From Candidatus Berkelbacteria bacterium (GTDB lineage Bacteria; Patescibacteriota; UBA1384; 2-12-FULL-50-11), in contig CP066697.1 in the NCBI GenBank assembly GCA_016432625.1, forward strand, positions 279,363 to 343,362: 64,000 nt of DNA, in the 5' to 3' direction. Position numbers and translations under genes: made by a program. Of this stretch, positions 1-10,189 are shown piece by piece. Each line of letters starts with the position of its first letter. Positions within the stretch are counted from its first letter, which is position 1. The notes beneath the pieces were generated by a model. That model was not told the DNA's origin. It saw nothing but the letters and a program-made list of their open reading frames with translations, and did no database searches.

Positions 1-671
1 TTTGCTATTCCAAAAATAACGTCAAAATCATTGGCTCGCATGCTGGTTTGAGTGTTGGAGCTGATGGCGCGACCCATCAGGCGCTTGAGGATGTGGCGAT
101 AATGCGCGTGTTACCAAATATGGTCGTGGTCGTGCCGTGCGATGCGACTGAAGCACATAAAGCCACCCTCGCAATCGCTAAACATAAAGGCCCGTGTTAT
201 TTACGACTCGGTCGAGAGAAAGTCCCCACCATCACGAGCGAGGAAACGCCGTTTGAACTTGGTAAAGCGATAACTATAACTAAAGGTAGCGATGTGACGA
301 TTGTCGCCAATGGCCCATTAGTATTCAACGCTCTACAGGCAGCTCACCAGCTTGAAGGCACGTACTCCGTCAGGGTCGTTAACCTTCATACCGTTAAACC
401 GTTAGATCATAAGACAATTTTAGACGCGGCAGAGGAGACCGGCGCCATTGTTACTGCCGAGGATCATCAAATTGACGGCGGAATGGGCTCGGCTGTTGCT
501 GAGCTGGTTAGCCAATTTAATCCGGTACCAGTTGTACGTGTCGGGGTTAAGGACAGTTTTGGTGAATCTGGATCGGTTAAGGAGTTAATGGACCACTTCG
601 GGCTAAACGTCGAGGCTATCTGCGACGCGGTCAAAAAAGCCATCACCCTGAAGGGAAAAAATGCTCGTTAA
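1..671 (+). CDS. Transketolase C-terminal (pyrimidine-binding) subunit, 5'-truncated by window edge
   Basis: GADGATHQALED, YLRLGRE, TAEDHQIDGGMGSAVAE motifs; frame appears open from window start. Confidence 0.92.
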   Translation, partial: CYSKNNVKIIGSHAGLSVGADGATHQALEDVAIMRVLPNMVVVVPCDATEAHKATLAIAKHKGPCYLRLGREKVPTITSEETPFELGKAITITKGSDVTIVANGPLVFNALQAAHQLEGTYSVRVVNLHTVKPLDHKTILDAAEETGAIVTAEDHQIDGGMGSAVAELVSQFNPVPVVRVGVKDSFGESGSVKELMDHFGLNVEAICDAVKKAITLKGKNAR

Positions 672-1506
672 CCTAACGAAAATACTCGCCTTGGCGGACG
701 AGGGCCACTACGCGATTGGCGGCTTCAATATGACCACACTCGAATCGGCCATGGCGGTTGTGGAGGCCGGAGAACAAGAAGATTCACCAGTCATCTTACA
801 AATTAGTGAGAAAACGATTGATTATATGGGCCTCGACTTGGCGTTTGCCATCGCCAAAACATTGGCCGATCGGGCAAAAGTGCCAGTTTGCGTCCATTTC
901 GATCACGGACGAAATTTTGAGCTCGTCGAACAATCCCTTCGAACTGGATTCTCCTCGGTCATGCTCGATGTCTCGCAAATGGAAAAGAACAAACGTATCC
1001 CGTTCGTCAAAGACTTTACGCTTAAAGCTCACAGGCTTGGGGCAACGGTCGAAGCGGAGGAGGATCAGATCGGAGGTCGAGAAGATTACGTCGAGGGTGA
1101 CAATAGCCATTTCACCGACCCAAAACGAGCCATGACTTTCGTTAAAGAGACCGGCGTTGATGCTTTTGCGGTTTCAATTGGTTCAACTCACGGCAAGCCA
1201 CTGCCACACGAGAGGCTCGACGTTGAGCTGCTCGCTGAAATTAATAAAGTTGTGAACGTGCCATTAGTCCTGCATGGCGCCTCATCTACCGACGAGAAAC
1301 TAGTGCGTGAAGTGATTTCAGCGGGGGTTTGCAAAATTAATATCGATACCGATTTGCGTCTAGCTTTCACACGCGAGTTGCGTCGTACTTTAAAGGATCC
1401 GGACATTTACGATCCGCGAGAAGAGCTTAAACCATCTCGTGACGAGATTATCGAAGAAGTTCGCCGACATATTAAGTTGTTTGGCAGTAGTGGGAAAGCC
1501 CGCTAA
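661..1506 (+). CDS. fba: Class II fructose-bisphosphate aldolase
   Basis: VHFDHG, SVMLD, IGSTHG, LVLHGAS, KINIDTD motifs. Confidence 0.93.
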   Translation: MLVNLTKILALADEGHYAIGGFNMTTLESAMAVVEAGEQEDSPVILQISEKTIDYMGLDLAFAIAKTLADRAKVPVCVHFDHGRNFELVEQSLRTGFSSVMLDVSQMEKNKRIPFVKDFTLKAHRLGATVEAEEDQIGGREDYVEGDNSHFTDPKRAMTFVKETGVDAFAVSIGSTHGKPLPHERLDVELLAEINKVVNVPLVLHGASSTDEKLVREVISAGVCKINIDTDLRLAFTRELRRTLKDPDIYDPREELKPSRDEIIEEVRRHIKLFGSSGKAR

Positions 1507-1523
1507 GATGTCCAAGGAGGAAA

Positions 1524-2522
1524 ATGCTTAAAATTGCAATCAACGGTTTCGGCAGAATCGGGCGCACAGCAGCGCGAATCTTGCTTACTCACCATGCGGA
1601 ACAGGCCGAACTCGTCGCGGTTAATGATTTAACAGACCCCAAAACGCTGGCCCACCTTTTTACGTACGACTCAAATTACCGGACCTTCTCGCCCGCAGCC
1701 AAAAGCGATAGCGATCTAATTATTGTTGGTGAAAAACAGATAAAAGTTTTTGCCGAGCAAGACCCAGCGAAATTACCTTGGGACGAGTTAAATGTTGACG
1801 TGGTACTTGAATGCACTGGTCATTTCACGGACGGTAAAACCGCCGCAGCTCATCTTAAAGCCGGAGCTCGTCGGGTTGTGATTTCAGCACCTGCTGACAA
1901 CGCCCCGACGCATGTTCTTGGCGTTAATGACGAAACGGCTCACGAATCTGAAGTTATCAACAATGCCTCATGCACGACTAACTGTATTAGCCCGGTCGCC
2001 GCGGTGATGCATGCCAAGTTTGGTGTGGCAAAGGCAATGATGACAACAATTCACTCGTACACTCAGGATCAGAATTTGCAGGACGGACCACACAAGGATT
2101 TGCGTCGCGCTCGCGCCGCCGCTCAAAATATTGTCCCAACGACAACCGGCGCCGCTAAAGCAACAACGGAAGTTATTCCCGAGCTTAAAGGCTTATTTGA
2201 TGGTCTAGCCATCAGGGTTCCAACACCGGTCGGTTCGCTAGCCGATTTCACTTTCTTACTAAAAAGTAAGACGACTGTGGACGAAATTAAGCAGGTACTA
2301 ATCGATGCCGCAAAAAGCCCGAGGTATCGGGGGATTCTTGAGGTAACAGACGAGCCGCTTGTTTCATCAGATGTTATTGGTAACCCTGCCTCAGCTATTG
2401 TCGACTTGTCGCTTACCCAAGTGATCGATGGCGATATGGCAAAAGTAATTGCCTGGTACGACAACGAATACGGCTATTCTTGCCGGCTTGTCGAGATGGC
2501 TCTAAAAGTTGGGGCAAAGTAA
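1524..2522 (+). CDS. gap: Type I glyceraldehyde-3-phosphate dehydrogenase
   Basis: INGFGRIGR, NASCTTNC, WYDNEYGYS; AAGGAGG RBS. Confidence 0.98.
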   Translation: MLKIAINGFGRIGRTAARILLTHHAEQAELVAVNDLTDPKTLAHLFTYDSNYRTFSPAAKSDSDLIIVGEKQIKVFAEQDPAKLPWDELNVDVVLECTGHFTDGKTAAAHLKAGARRVVISAPADNAPTHVLGVNDETAHESEVINNASCTTNCISPVAAVMHAKFGVAKAMMTTIHSYTQDQNLQDGPHKDLRRARAAAQNIVPTTTGAAKATTEVIPELKGLFDGLAIRVPTPVGSLADFTFLLKSKTTVDEIKQVLIDAAKSPRYRGILEVTDEPLVSSDVIGNPASAIVDLSLTQVIDGDMAKVIAWYDNEYGYSCRLVEMALKVGAK

Positions 2523-3208
2523 TGCGCAGCGGTACCTACGACGGGGCGACGATTTCAGCGTTGGGCCATGACGGCTTTATTGTCGAATATCCCGAGCAAA
2601 AGTTTACTTTTGCCTTTGATCCGTATGACGTCAAAGACGAGTTCGTTACTCCAGTGGACTTTGTTTTTGTGTCTCACCCACATTTCGACCACTGTGACGT
2701 TAACTCAATCAGAAAGCTTCTGAAGCCGAGCGGTAAAATATTTGCCCCGCCGGCCGCCGCAAAGGAGCTGGAGTCATTCGGCGCCCAATTAGAAATTTTT
2801 GATGGCAAAGATAAGCGCGCCACGAAATTTTTTAAATATTGGACGGTTCCTGCTTACAATATCGATAAATTTCGAACACCAAACGAAGTATTTCACCCTA
2901 AGGAAGCAGGTTTTGTTGGCTGGATCATTGAAGTTGGTGCGACGCGCTACTACCACGCTGGTGACAGTGACTTCACCCCTGAAATGGCGGAGTTAAAGAA
3001 GATTGACGTTGCCTTTCTACCGATCTCTGGGACGTTTGTAATGACACTCGAGGAGGCGATCAAGGCGGTTGAAGTTTTGGAGCCAGATGTGGTTGTGCCG
3101 ATGCATTTCGGTAAGTTACTTGGCTCGGTATCTGACGCCCATCGTTTTGCTAATTTACTGAAGGAAAAGTCCAAGATTCTTGTTCTATCAACCGAGAGCT
3201 ATCCGTGA
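2522..3208 (+). CDS. MBL-fold metallo-hydrolase
   Basis: SHPHFDH, YHAGDS, VPMHFG; ATG overlaps gap stop (TAATG). Confidence 0.88.
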   Translation: MRSGTYDGATISALGHDGFIVEYPEQKFTFAFDPYDVKDEFVTPVDFVFVSHPHFDHCDVNSIRKLLKPSGKIFAPPAAAKELESFGAQLEIFDGKDKRATKFFKYWTVPAYNIDKFRTPNEVFHPKEAGFVGWIIEVGATRYYHAGDSDFTPEMAELKKIDVAFLPISGTFVMTLEEAIKAVEVLEPDVVVPMHFGKLLGSVSDAHRFANLLKEKSKILVLSTESYP

Positions 3209-3245
3209 CTTTGGACGGTTTTTAAGGTAGAATTTGGCTCGTCAA

Positions 3246-4373
3246 ATGGTAAGAATTTATGCCGATTACGCTGCGGCCACACCGACCGATAAGAAAGTTG
3301 CACTAGCAATGCAGCCTTTTTTTACGAACAATTTCGGTAATCCGTCGAGCAATCATAACTTCGGACGTTTCGCGGCTGACGCGGTAGAGTCCTCACGAGC
3401 CGAGATTGCGAAATTTATCAACGCCAAACCCAAAGAAGTATATTTTACTGGTACCGGCACTGAGAGTAATAATTTAGCTATTTTGGGGGCCGCAAGGGCA
3501 AATAAAAAAACCGGCAACCACATTGTTACCACTCAAATTGAGCACCCCAGTGTTCTAACCACCTGCCAAGCACTAGAGCGTGATGGATTACAAGTTGCAT
3601 ATGTCGCCCCACATGAGAATGGAACGGTATCACCGAAGCAAATTGCGTCCGCCGTCACGGCCAAGACGTCCCTTATCAGTGTCCATCTGGCAAACTCTGA
3701 AATCGGCGTAATCCAGGACGTCGCCGCTATTGTACAAGCGGTGAAGTCGAAAAACCCTCAAACCCTTGTACATGTTGATGCTTGCCAAGCAACGAGTTTT
3801 ATCGAGTTCGATGTTCAGAAACTTGGGGTGGATCTGTTGGCGTTTAATGGTAGCAAGGCATATGGCCCGAAAGGTATCGCGGTGCTTTACGTACGAGATA
3901 AGGTTAGCATTTTCCCGTTAATTTACGGTGGGGGACAGGAACAGAGTTTGCGTAGCGGTACTGAGAATGTGCCGGGGATCGTCGGACTAGCGGAAGCGGT
4001 TCGAATTATTAAGAACAACCGCCAAAAAGACTTCATTAAGATAAGTGATTTGCGAGATTTTCTTCAAGCAGAGCTTAAAAGTCTCGGTAATATTTTAGTT
4101 AACTGTGAAGACGCCCCACGCTTACCTAACCATCTTTCGGTGACACTCGCGAAGACTAAGTCCACCGATCTCGTCCGCGATTTAGATGCGGCAGGAATCG
4201 CTGTGTCGGCAGGAAGCGCCTGCAGCTCAAAGAGTCTAGCCGAGTCACATGTTTTAGCCGCCATCGGGCTCAATTCTCAGCTGGCGAATAAAACGATCCG
4301 TATAACGCTTGGGCGGGAAACAACAAGCAGCGATTGTCGAACGATTATCGACACAATTAAAACGTTAGTCTAA
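3246..4373 (+). CDS. iscS: Cysteine desulfurase (IscS/NifS family)
   Basis: DYAAATP, GNPSS, HVDACQA, SKAYGPKG, RSGTENV, SAGSACSS. Confidence 0.92.
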   Translation: MVRIYADYAAATPTDKKVALAMQPFFTNNFGNPSSNHNFGRFAADAVESSRAEIAKFINAKPKEVYFTGTGTESNNLAILGAARANKKTGNHIVTTQIEHPSVLTTCQALERDGLQVAYVAPHENGTVSPKQIASAVTAKTSLISVHLANSEIGVIQDVAAIVQAVKSKNPQTLVHVDACQATSFIEFDVQKLGVDLLAFNGSKAYGPKGIAVLYVRDKVSIFPLIYGGGQEQSLRSGTENVPGIVGLAEAVRIIKNNRQKDFIKISDLRDFLQAELKSLGNILVNCEDAPRLPNHLSVTLAKTKSTDLVRDLDAAGIAVSAGSACSSKSLAESHVLAAIGLNSQLANKTIRITLGRETTSSDCRTIIDTIKTLV

Positions 4374-4416
4374 TGGTCCCGCGCGATTGCTTGGGACCAT
4401 TGAGAGCCGTCATTGG

Positions 4417-4614
4417 CTAGACTTGCCACCTGTCGTTACCCTGCTCACGTTCTGCCCGTTCGGCGATGTACCGCTCAATCGGACCGCGCGTGTCATTCTG
4501 GGACGACGGCTGGGGTCGTAGCTCGTCAGTTGTTGCTTCACCACGTAGTCGGGCGAAGCAGCAGCTGTTGAGATCAGGGTTAAATAAGGAACACCAATCT
4601 GGGTCACTACACAT
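4417..4614 (-). CDS. Small Cys-rich hypothetical protein (65 aa)
   Basis: GGAGG 5 nt upstream of ATG; MCSDPDWC...SCC; fills the iscS-sod gap. Confidence 0.5.
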   Translation of the reverse strand: MCSDPDWCSLFNPDLNSCCFARLRGEATTDELRPQPSSQNDTRGPIERYIAERAEREQGNDRWQV

Positions 4615-4709
4615 GCTGTCCTCCCGCTCTGTAGAATGAGCAGTTGCCTTTCGGTATGAATATCTTAGTATTAACTTCAACGATAATAAACATTGATAAG
4701 GAGGCCGAG

Positions 4710-5297
4710 ATGTACGAAGCCAAAAAATTTAGTTCGATTCGCGAGCTTGATGGTATTAGCGAACGGACTATGACCGAGCACTATAAGCTCTACGAGGGTT
4801 ATGTTAAGAAGTGGAACGAGATTATCGGCGAATTACGGGAAGTTGACCTGGCTTCGGCGAACCAAATTTCCTCAAAATTTCGTGCCCTGTCGGTCGAGAT
4901 GACTTTCGCGTTGTCGGGCATAAAAAATCATGAGGTATATTTCGGGCTCCTAGGTGGTAGTGGTGAGCAACCGTCGGGCAAATTGTTAGAACGACTTACC
5001 AAAGACTTTGGCTCGTATGAATCATGGAAAGACATTTTCACCGCTGCTGGTATGGCAGCTCGCGGTTGGGCACACCTAGTTTGGGATCGTGACTTAGAGC
5101 GCTTGCTGGTGATCGTTGGCGATTCTCAAAATACTTATTTGAACTGGAATTCTGTTCCGCTGGTTGCACTGGACGTCTACGAGCATGCTTATTTTATCGA
5201 CTACGGCGTAAAACGCGCTGACTACGTTACAGCGTTCTTTAAGAACATCGACTGGTCGGTCGTCGAAAAACAATTCGCAGCGGTAAGTGTCAGATGA
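4710..5297 (+). CDS. Fe/Mn superoxide dismutase
   Basis: Ligand motifs EHYKLY, KNHEVYF, LDVYEHAY; AAGGAGG RBS. Confidence 0.92.
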   Translation: MYEAKKFSSIRELDGISERTMTEHYKLYEGYVKKWNEIIGELREVDLASANQISSKFRALSVEMTFALSGIKNHEVYFGLLGGSGEQPSGKLLERLTKDFGSYESWKDIFTAAGMAARGWAHLVWDRDLERLLVIVGDSQNTYLNWNSVPLVALDVYEHAYFIDYGVKRADYVTAFFKNIDWSVVEKQFAAVSVR

Positions 5298-6124
5298 TTA
5301 TCGGTGCTCACGTACCGACTGCGGGTGGCTTGGAGACCGCTCTTAAAAAGGGTCGCGAGATCGGCGCGGAAGCGCTACAAATCTTCCCCTCAGCTCCCTT
5401 GCAGTGGAAAATTCGTGGTTGGAGCGACGAGGCATGTGCGGCTTTTCTAGAGGCATGGCCGAAACAATTTAAACAAGTTATCTTTCATGGCATATATCTA
5501 ACTAACCTTGCAGGCGCTTCAGCGGATAACGTCGTCAAAACAATTACTGCCTTAACCGAGACGCTAAAATTAGCCCCGAAAGTTGGCGTCGTGGGAACGG
5601 TTTTCCACCCAGGCACTTATAACGGCGGAATCGAAAGCAACGCCAAACAAATTAAGCAAATTATTAAGACGGTACTCGACGCAACACCACCCGAGGCTAA
5701 ATTAATTTATGAGAACTCAGCTGGCTCAACAATCGGCGGTAAACTCGAAGATTTGGCTTGGTTGTTAGAAAATTCAAGCGACCGAAAACGTGCCGGTGTT
5801 TGTTTGGATACTTGCCACGCTTTCGCGGCTGGGTACGACATCTCCAATGCCGAAGGTTACGAAAAGTATGTTAACGAAGTCTCTCGGCTTATTGGCCTGG
5901 AGAACGTGTTCTGCTGGCATCTCAATGACTCAAAATTTGATCTTGGTGCCAAACGCGACCGGCACGAGAATATCGGCGAAGGGAAGATGGGATCACTGCC
6001 GTTTGAGCTCATCGTCAATGACGAACGTTGGGCAAACTTGGCCGGATATCTTGAAGTACCGGGCTACGACAACCTCGGGCCAGACGCGAGAAACGTTGCC
6101 ACACTCACGAAATTGCGTCCATAG
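5294..6124 (+). CDS. nfo: Endonuclease IV (AP endonuclease 2)
   Basis: IGAHV, FHPG, YENSAG, CLDTCHAFAAG, HLNDSK, DRHENIGEG. Confidence 0.95.
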   Translation: MIIGAHVPTAGGLETALKKGREIGAEALQIFPSAPLQWKIRGWSDEACAAFLEAWPKQFKQVIFHGIYLTNLAGASADNVVKTITALTETLKLAPKVGVVGTVFHPGTYNGGIESNAKQIKQIIKTVLDATPPEAKLIYENSAGSTIGGKLEDLAWLLENSSDRKRAGVCLDTCHAFAAGYDISNAEGYEKYVNEVSRLIGLENVFCWHLNDSKFDLGAKRDRHENIGEGKMGSLPFELIVNDERWANLAGYLEVPGYDNLGPDARNVATLTKLRP

Positions 6125-6269
6125 TACCAACTCGCCAATTTTCCATACCCGCCGGGATCGAAGAACCCTAGGGAAAGCAGTTGGCATACAATTTCTTCCT
6201 GCCAACTTCTATTGTAACTGGCTCGGGCCTTTGTTTAACTGTACAAGAAGTAAGAATTAGGAGGAAAAA

Positions 6270-6695
6270 ATGAAAACGTTAATATGGGTAGTAGTAATTT
6301 TGGTTCTGATCATCGCGGCTTGGTTCTTGTTTGGTAATAAGAATAACGACAGCAGTAGTAATGACGATGTGTCCAACCAGCAATCCGGCACCGCTAGCCA
6401 AGACGATGGTAGCGTCGCTGTTGAGCGAACAATCGCTTATACCGACAACGGTTTTTCGCCTGATTCTGCAACTGTCAAAGCTGGCACCAAAGTAATCTTT
6501 CGCAACGATAGCAGCAATCCACTTTGGGTTGCATCTGATCCTCACCCAACGCATACAGGAATGCCGGGACTTGATGCTGGCAAGAACTTAGCCAAAGGCG
6601 AGAGCTTTTCCTTCACTTTCAACGAGGTCGGCGCCTGGGGTTATCACAACCATTCCGACACGTCTGACACCGGCAAGATAACCGTCGAGAAATAG
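6270..6695 (+). CDS. Membrane-anchored cupredoxin-like protein
   Basis: N-terminal TM; GFSP..TVKAG..V.F.N, ASDPHPTH, GAWGYHNH, G.ITV pattern. Confidence 0.8.
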   Translation: MKTLIWVVVILVLIIAAWFLFGNKNNDSSSNDDVSNQQSGTASQDDGSVAVERTIAYTDNGFSPDSATVKAGTKVIFRNDSSNPLWVASDPHPTHTGMPGLDAGKNLAKGESFSFTFNEVGAWGYHNHSDTSDTGKITVEK

Positions 6696-6697
6696 CG

Positions 6698-8239
6698 CTA
6701 TTTCTTAGTCAATAAATCGTTCGTATAACCTGGGAAGAAATCCTGGCGGATGTTCGATCTTGGCACGCCCATCTCGCCTAAAAGTTGCGACAAAGCTTCG
6801 ACCATCGGCTCTGGTCCAGAGACATAGAACAGTTGGCTAAGCAGGTCAGGTACTTCCTCCTTTATCACAGCAGGGCTTATCTGACCTTTATAGCCGCTCC
6901 AGTTTTCTGGTGGGTTGCTGACAACGGTTACTATCTTCAGGCCAAATGCCTCGCTGGCTTCGTGGAAAAGATCCATGAAAACCAAATCCTCGGCGGTTTT
7001 AGTAGCATAAATGAGAATAATATCGCGTCGTTCGCCGCTATCGACGAGATATTTAATCATGCTGCGGAACGGGGTGATGCCGATGCCACCGGCAATAAAA
7101 ACCAATGGCTTGGTTTTATCGCTTGGCATGACGAAGTCGCCTTCAAGGCCGCGTGCAAAGACTTGTTGATGCGGTTTTAAGGCTCGCAAGGCTGTCTTAA
7201 AACTGCTCGACTTATCAGCAAAACGGGTGGTTAGAAGCAGGAGTTTTTCGGTAGGCGATGAGGAGATAGTAAACCAGCGCCTTACCCCACGACTATCTGG
7301 ACTAGAGTGTGGTAACGTCCATTCCAAAAACTGTCCGGGCACAAAATTAACTTTCGGCTGCGGCTCAAAAGTGAAAAGTTCAATTGTCGGCGCTAATTTA
7401 TCTTGTTTAACGAGCGTCATAGTAAAGTAGTCAATCTTCTCCACAACTCGGGCGAGAATGTTTCCGAGTAAGAGTGATAATTCGAGCGAGTAGGGGATAC
7501 TTGGTAAAAAGCGCTGAATAGCCACGCCGCCAAAAGCAATTAACACCGCGTAGGCGTAACCAAGACGGTGATTAGCTGGGGAGGTTGCCGGCTCTGGCAG
7601 CATCACTAACGCAAAGAAAAATAGCGGCGAGTTTAGTAACAAGCCTTCGATGAGCTTGGCGTTGTCCGATAGCGGCAGCCCAGTTCCGTTCAGAGTAAAG
7701 AATAGGAGAAGAAAGGCCACTATATATACCACGGCCATTTTTAACCGGCGAATCTTGTATCCGATTAGAATAGCGCCAGCCACCACTAAAACGGTTAGTG
7801 GCATAACTCCTATCCACCAGCTCGCCCCCGTTCCGGTAGTTAAATACATCGTAACGACACCAACTGCTGCTGGGTTGAAGATATGGCGGGATTTAAACCG
7901 CAGAAGGTATTTCGATGCCATTGCTGCTGCAGCGGCAATTAGCAGCGGCAGCCACGAGGCGCTTAACGAGGCTGGACCAACAATAAGGGCGAGGATAAGC
8001 GAAGAGATCAGCCACGATTCTGGATTAGGTCTGACTTTGAAAAATCGTGCCAGTAACAAATTGAAGACGTAGCAGCTAACGACAGAAACAAGCGTGGTTG
8101 TGGCTATCGCACTCGCTTCAAACGGTACTTTATCCGCCAGTGCCAAAACGAAAGCAATCGCCAGCATCCCAGCGAGAAACCGCACCATTAGCGCATACAT
8201 CGTCATTGATCCCAAAAACTTTGTTAATGCGGGCCTCAT
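6698..8239 (-). CDS. RnfD/NqrB-like membrane domain fused to an FNR-type FAD/NAD(P)H oxidoreductase
   Basis: SKY..R....HIFNPAA and MLPEPATSP in the TM part; RWFTISSSP, IAGGIGITPFRSM, YVSGP in the C-terminal part. Confidence 0.85.
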   Translation of the reverse strand: MRPALTKFLGSMTMYALMVRFLAGMLAIAFVLALADKVPFEASAIATTTLVSVVSCYVFNLLLARFFKVRPNPESWLISSLILALIVGPASLSASWLPLLIAAAAAMASKYLLRFKSRHIFNPAAVGVVTMYLTTGTGASWWIGVMPLTVLVVAGAILIGYKIRRLKMAVVYIVAFLLLFFTLNGTGLPLSDNAKLIEGLLLNSPLFFFALVMLPEPATSPANHRLGYAYAVLIAFGGVAIQRFLPSIPYSLELSLLLGNILARVVEKIDYFTMTLVKQDKLAPTIELFTFEPQPKVNFVPGQFLEWTLPHSSPDSRGVRRWFTISSSPTEKLLLLTTRFADKSSSFKTALRALKPHQQVFARGLEGDFVMPSDKTKPLVFIAGGIGITPFRSMIKYLVDSGERRDIILIYATKTAEDLVFMDLFHEASEAFGLKIVTVVSNPPENWSGYKGQISPAVIKEEVPDLLSQLFYVSGPEPMVEALSQLLGEMGVPRSNIRQDFFPGYTNDLLTKK

Positions 8240-8329
8240 CTCTTAATTGTTAGCATACGAAGGGCGCAAAATCTTGTACTTCAGGTCAGACGTTACGTAT
8301 AGTGAGGACAACATAGGAAGGAGGTGAAA

Positions 8330-8743
8330 ATGAATTACGATATCTCTGTAAATTATTGGGCAGTGTTTGTGGCAGCAATCGCATATATGGTGGTTGGTTA
8401 TATATGGTACAGTTTGCCAGTGTTTGGTCGGATGTGGATTGCTGCTATAGGTAAAACCGAACAGGAGATTAAGGAAGGTTATAAACCGGTCACGATGTTG
8501 TGGACCTATATTTTGGCCGCAATCGGGGCTTATGTTTTGGCTCACTTTATTCGGCTTGTGGGCACCACAACGATGACTGAGGCTCTCCAGACTGCTGCTT
8601 GGGCTTGGGTCGGCTTCATTGCTGTGACAATGGCTACGAATGCTTTTTATGAAGGTCGGAGCGCTAGACTCTTCTGGATTAACGCGCTTTACCAACTAGT
8701 TTCAATCCTAATTGCCGCGGCAATTTTATTTGCCTGGCAGTAG
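8330..8743 (+). CDS. DUF1761-like membrane protein
   Basis: VNYWAVFVAAI..MVVGYIWYS..FGRMW pattern; 4 TM; GGAGG RBS. Confidence 0.8.
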   Translation: MNYDISVNYWAVFVAAIAYMVVGYIWYSLPVFGRMWIAAIGKTEQEIKEGYKPVTMLWTYILAAIGAYVLAHFIRLVGTTTMTEALQTAAWAWVGFIAVTMATNAFYEGRSARLFWINALYQLVSILIAAAILFAWQ

Positions 8744-8768
8744 TCTTCGAAGCAAAAACAGCCTAATC

Positions 8769-9164
8769 TTAAGGCTGTTTTTGCTTGTCTTCTAAAAGTT
8801 CCTTGATAGCGCCGAGGTAAAAGCTCTTCCAGCCGTCTATAAGGTCTTTCGTCTCTTCTTCGGGGTGGCCAGTCTGTGTTAACTCGACACGAGTCACGTC
8901 GCCCTCTTCAAACAATTCAAAAACAACTGTCGAGGGGCTTGGCCAGTCACCGTACTCCCAGTCTTGAACTAACTTCTTCTTCGGCACTACGATTGTATTT
9001 GTGCCGTGAATCTCTCCTCCCCAAAACTCGAATCTACTACCGACTTTTTCGTCCATTATCGCTGGACCGCCTTCCCATTTGTCGATTTCTGCTGGGTCAG
9101 TCAGAGCTTTCCAAACGGCTGTTATCGGGGCGTTGATTGTTACTGTCAGGTGAATTTCGTCCAT
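8769..9164 (-). CDS. SRPBCC/AHSA1 domain protein
   Basis: INAP...VWKALTDP, KLVQDW, T.VELTQ, GWKSFYL. Confidence 0.88.
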   Translation of the reverse strand: MDEIHLTVTINAPITAVWKALTDPAEIDKWEGGPAIMDEKVGSRFEFWGGEIHGTNTIVVPKKKLVQDWEYGDWPSPSTVVFELFEEGDVTRVELTQTGHPEEETKDLIDGWKSFYLGAIKELLEDKQKQP

Positions 9165-9185
9165 GATTCATTTAATATACCTTTT

Positions 9186-9932
9186 ATGCGTTATGAAAAA
9201 AGCCGCTATACCTACGATCCAAAATCTAAAGGTCCGTTCAAACTGTCACGCACCAAGATTGATAACTTCCTAAAGTGTCCACGTTGCTTTTACCTTGATC
9301 GGCGTTACGGCGTCGGCCAACCGCCAGGATTTCCGTTCACCCTCAATTCGGCGGTGGACTTTTTGCTCAAAAAAGAGTTCGACGCCCATCGCGCGGTAGG
9401 TACTAAGCACCCTTTAATGGAAAATTACGGAGTCGACGCAACACCGTTCGATCACACGAAATTGAGCCAGTGGCGAGAAAACTTTGAGGGCATCCGTTAC
9501 CATCATCAACCGACAAATTTTATAGTCTTCGGCGCTATAGACGATGTTTGGATTAATTCACAAAAAGAACTACATATAGTTGATTACAAAGCGACCTCAA
9601 AAGAAGGGGCAATAAGTTTGGACGCCGAGTGGCAAATTGGCTATAAGCGACAAGCTGAAGTTTATCAATGGTTATTTCGTCGCAACGATTTCAAGGTGTC
9701 TGACACTGCCTACTTTGTTTACGTCAACGGGCGTAAGGATCGCGAAGCGTTCGACGCTAGATTAGAGTTTGATGTCCATTTACTCCCGTATAGTGGTGAT
9801 GATTCGTGGGTAGAGCCGACACTTGTTGATATCAAAAAAACTCTCGATAATGCAGCTATTCCTGAGGCCAATCCAGACTGTGAATACTGCCAATACTCGC
9901 GCGAACGAAACACGGTAGAAACGTCCTCGTAA
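9186..9932 (+). CDS. PD-(D/E)XK nuclease with Cys cluster (Cas4/AddB-like)
   Basis: CPRCFY, GAIDD, IVDYKAT, Q..VY, CEYC. Confidence 0.85.
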   Translation: MRYEKSRYTYDPKSKGPFKLSRTKIDNFLKCPRCFYLDRRYGVGQPPGFPFTLNSAVDFLLKKEFDAHRAVGTKHPLMENYGVDATPFDHTKLSQWRENFEGIRYHHQPTNFIVFGAIDDVWINSQKELHIVDYKATSKEGAISLDAEWQIGYKRQAEVYQWLFRRNDFKVSDTAYFVYVNGRKDREAFDARLEFDVHLLPYSGDDSWVEPTLVDIKKTLDNAAIPEANPDCEYCQYSRERNTVETSS

Positions 9933-9979
9933 GAACTGCCATAAAAGTCTCCTTAAGGCCGAGCTATAATTGGCGGGTC

Positions 9980-10102
9980 ATGGTTGACGACGCGAAAAAA
10001 GAAGATCCAGTCGAAGAAACTATTCACCGAGGTTGTGGGCTGCCGGTGTTATTTTTGTCGATGTTTCTATTAGGTTGGCTGATTATCACTCTTACAACCT
10101 AA
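9980..10102 (+). CDS. Small single-TM protein (40 aa)
   Basis: Own translation MVDDAKKEDPVEETIHRGCGLPVLFLSMFLLGWLIITLTT; TATAAT 9 nt upstream; hairpin downstream. Confidence 0.5.
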   Translation: MVDDAKKEDPVEETIHRGCGLPVLFLSMFLLGWLIITLTT

Positions 10103-10119
10103 TTTTTTGGGGTAAGCGA

Positions 10120-10145
10120 AAGCCCTGTTACATGAACAGGGCTTC
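10120..10145. terminator. Hairpin between convergent genes
   Basis: AAGCCCTGTT-ACATG-AACAGGGCTT. Confidence 0.55.
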
Positions 10146-10189
10146 GGGTGACCCACTCGGGGTCAAGTTGGCCTTGCGGCCGCCTCGAC

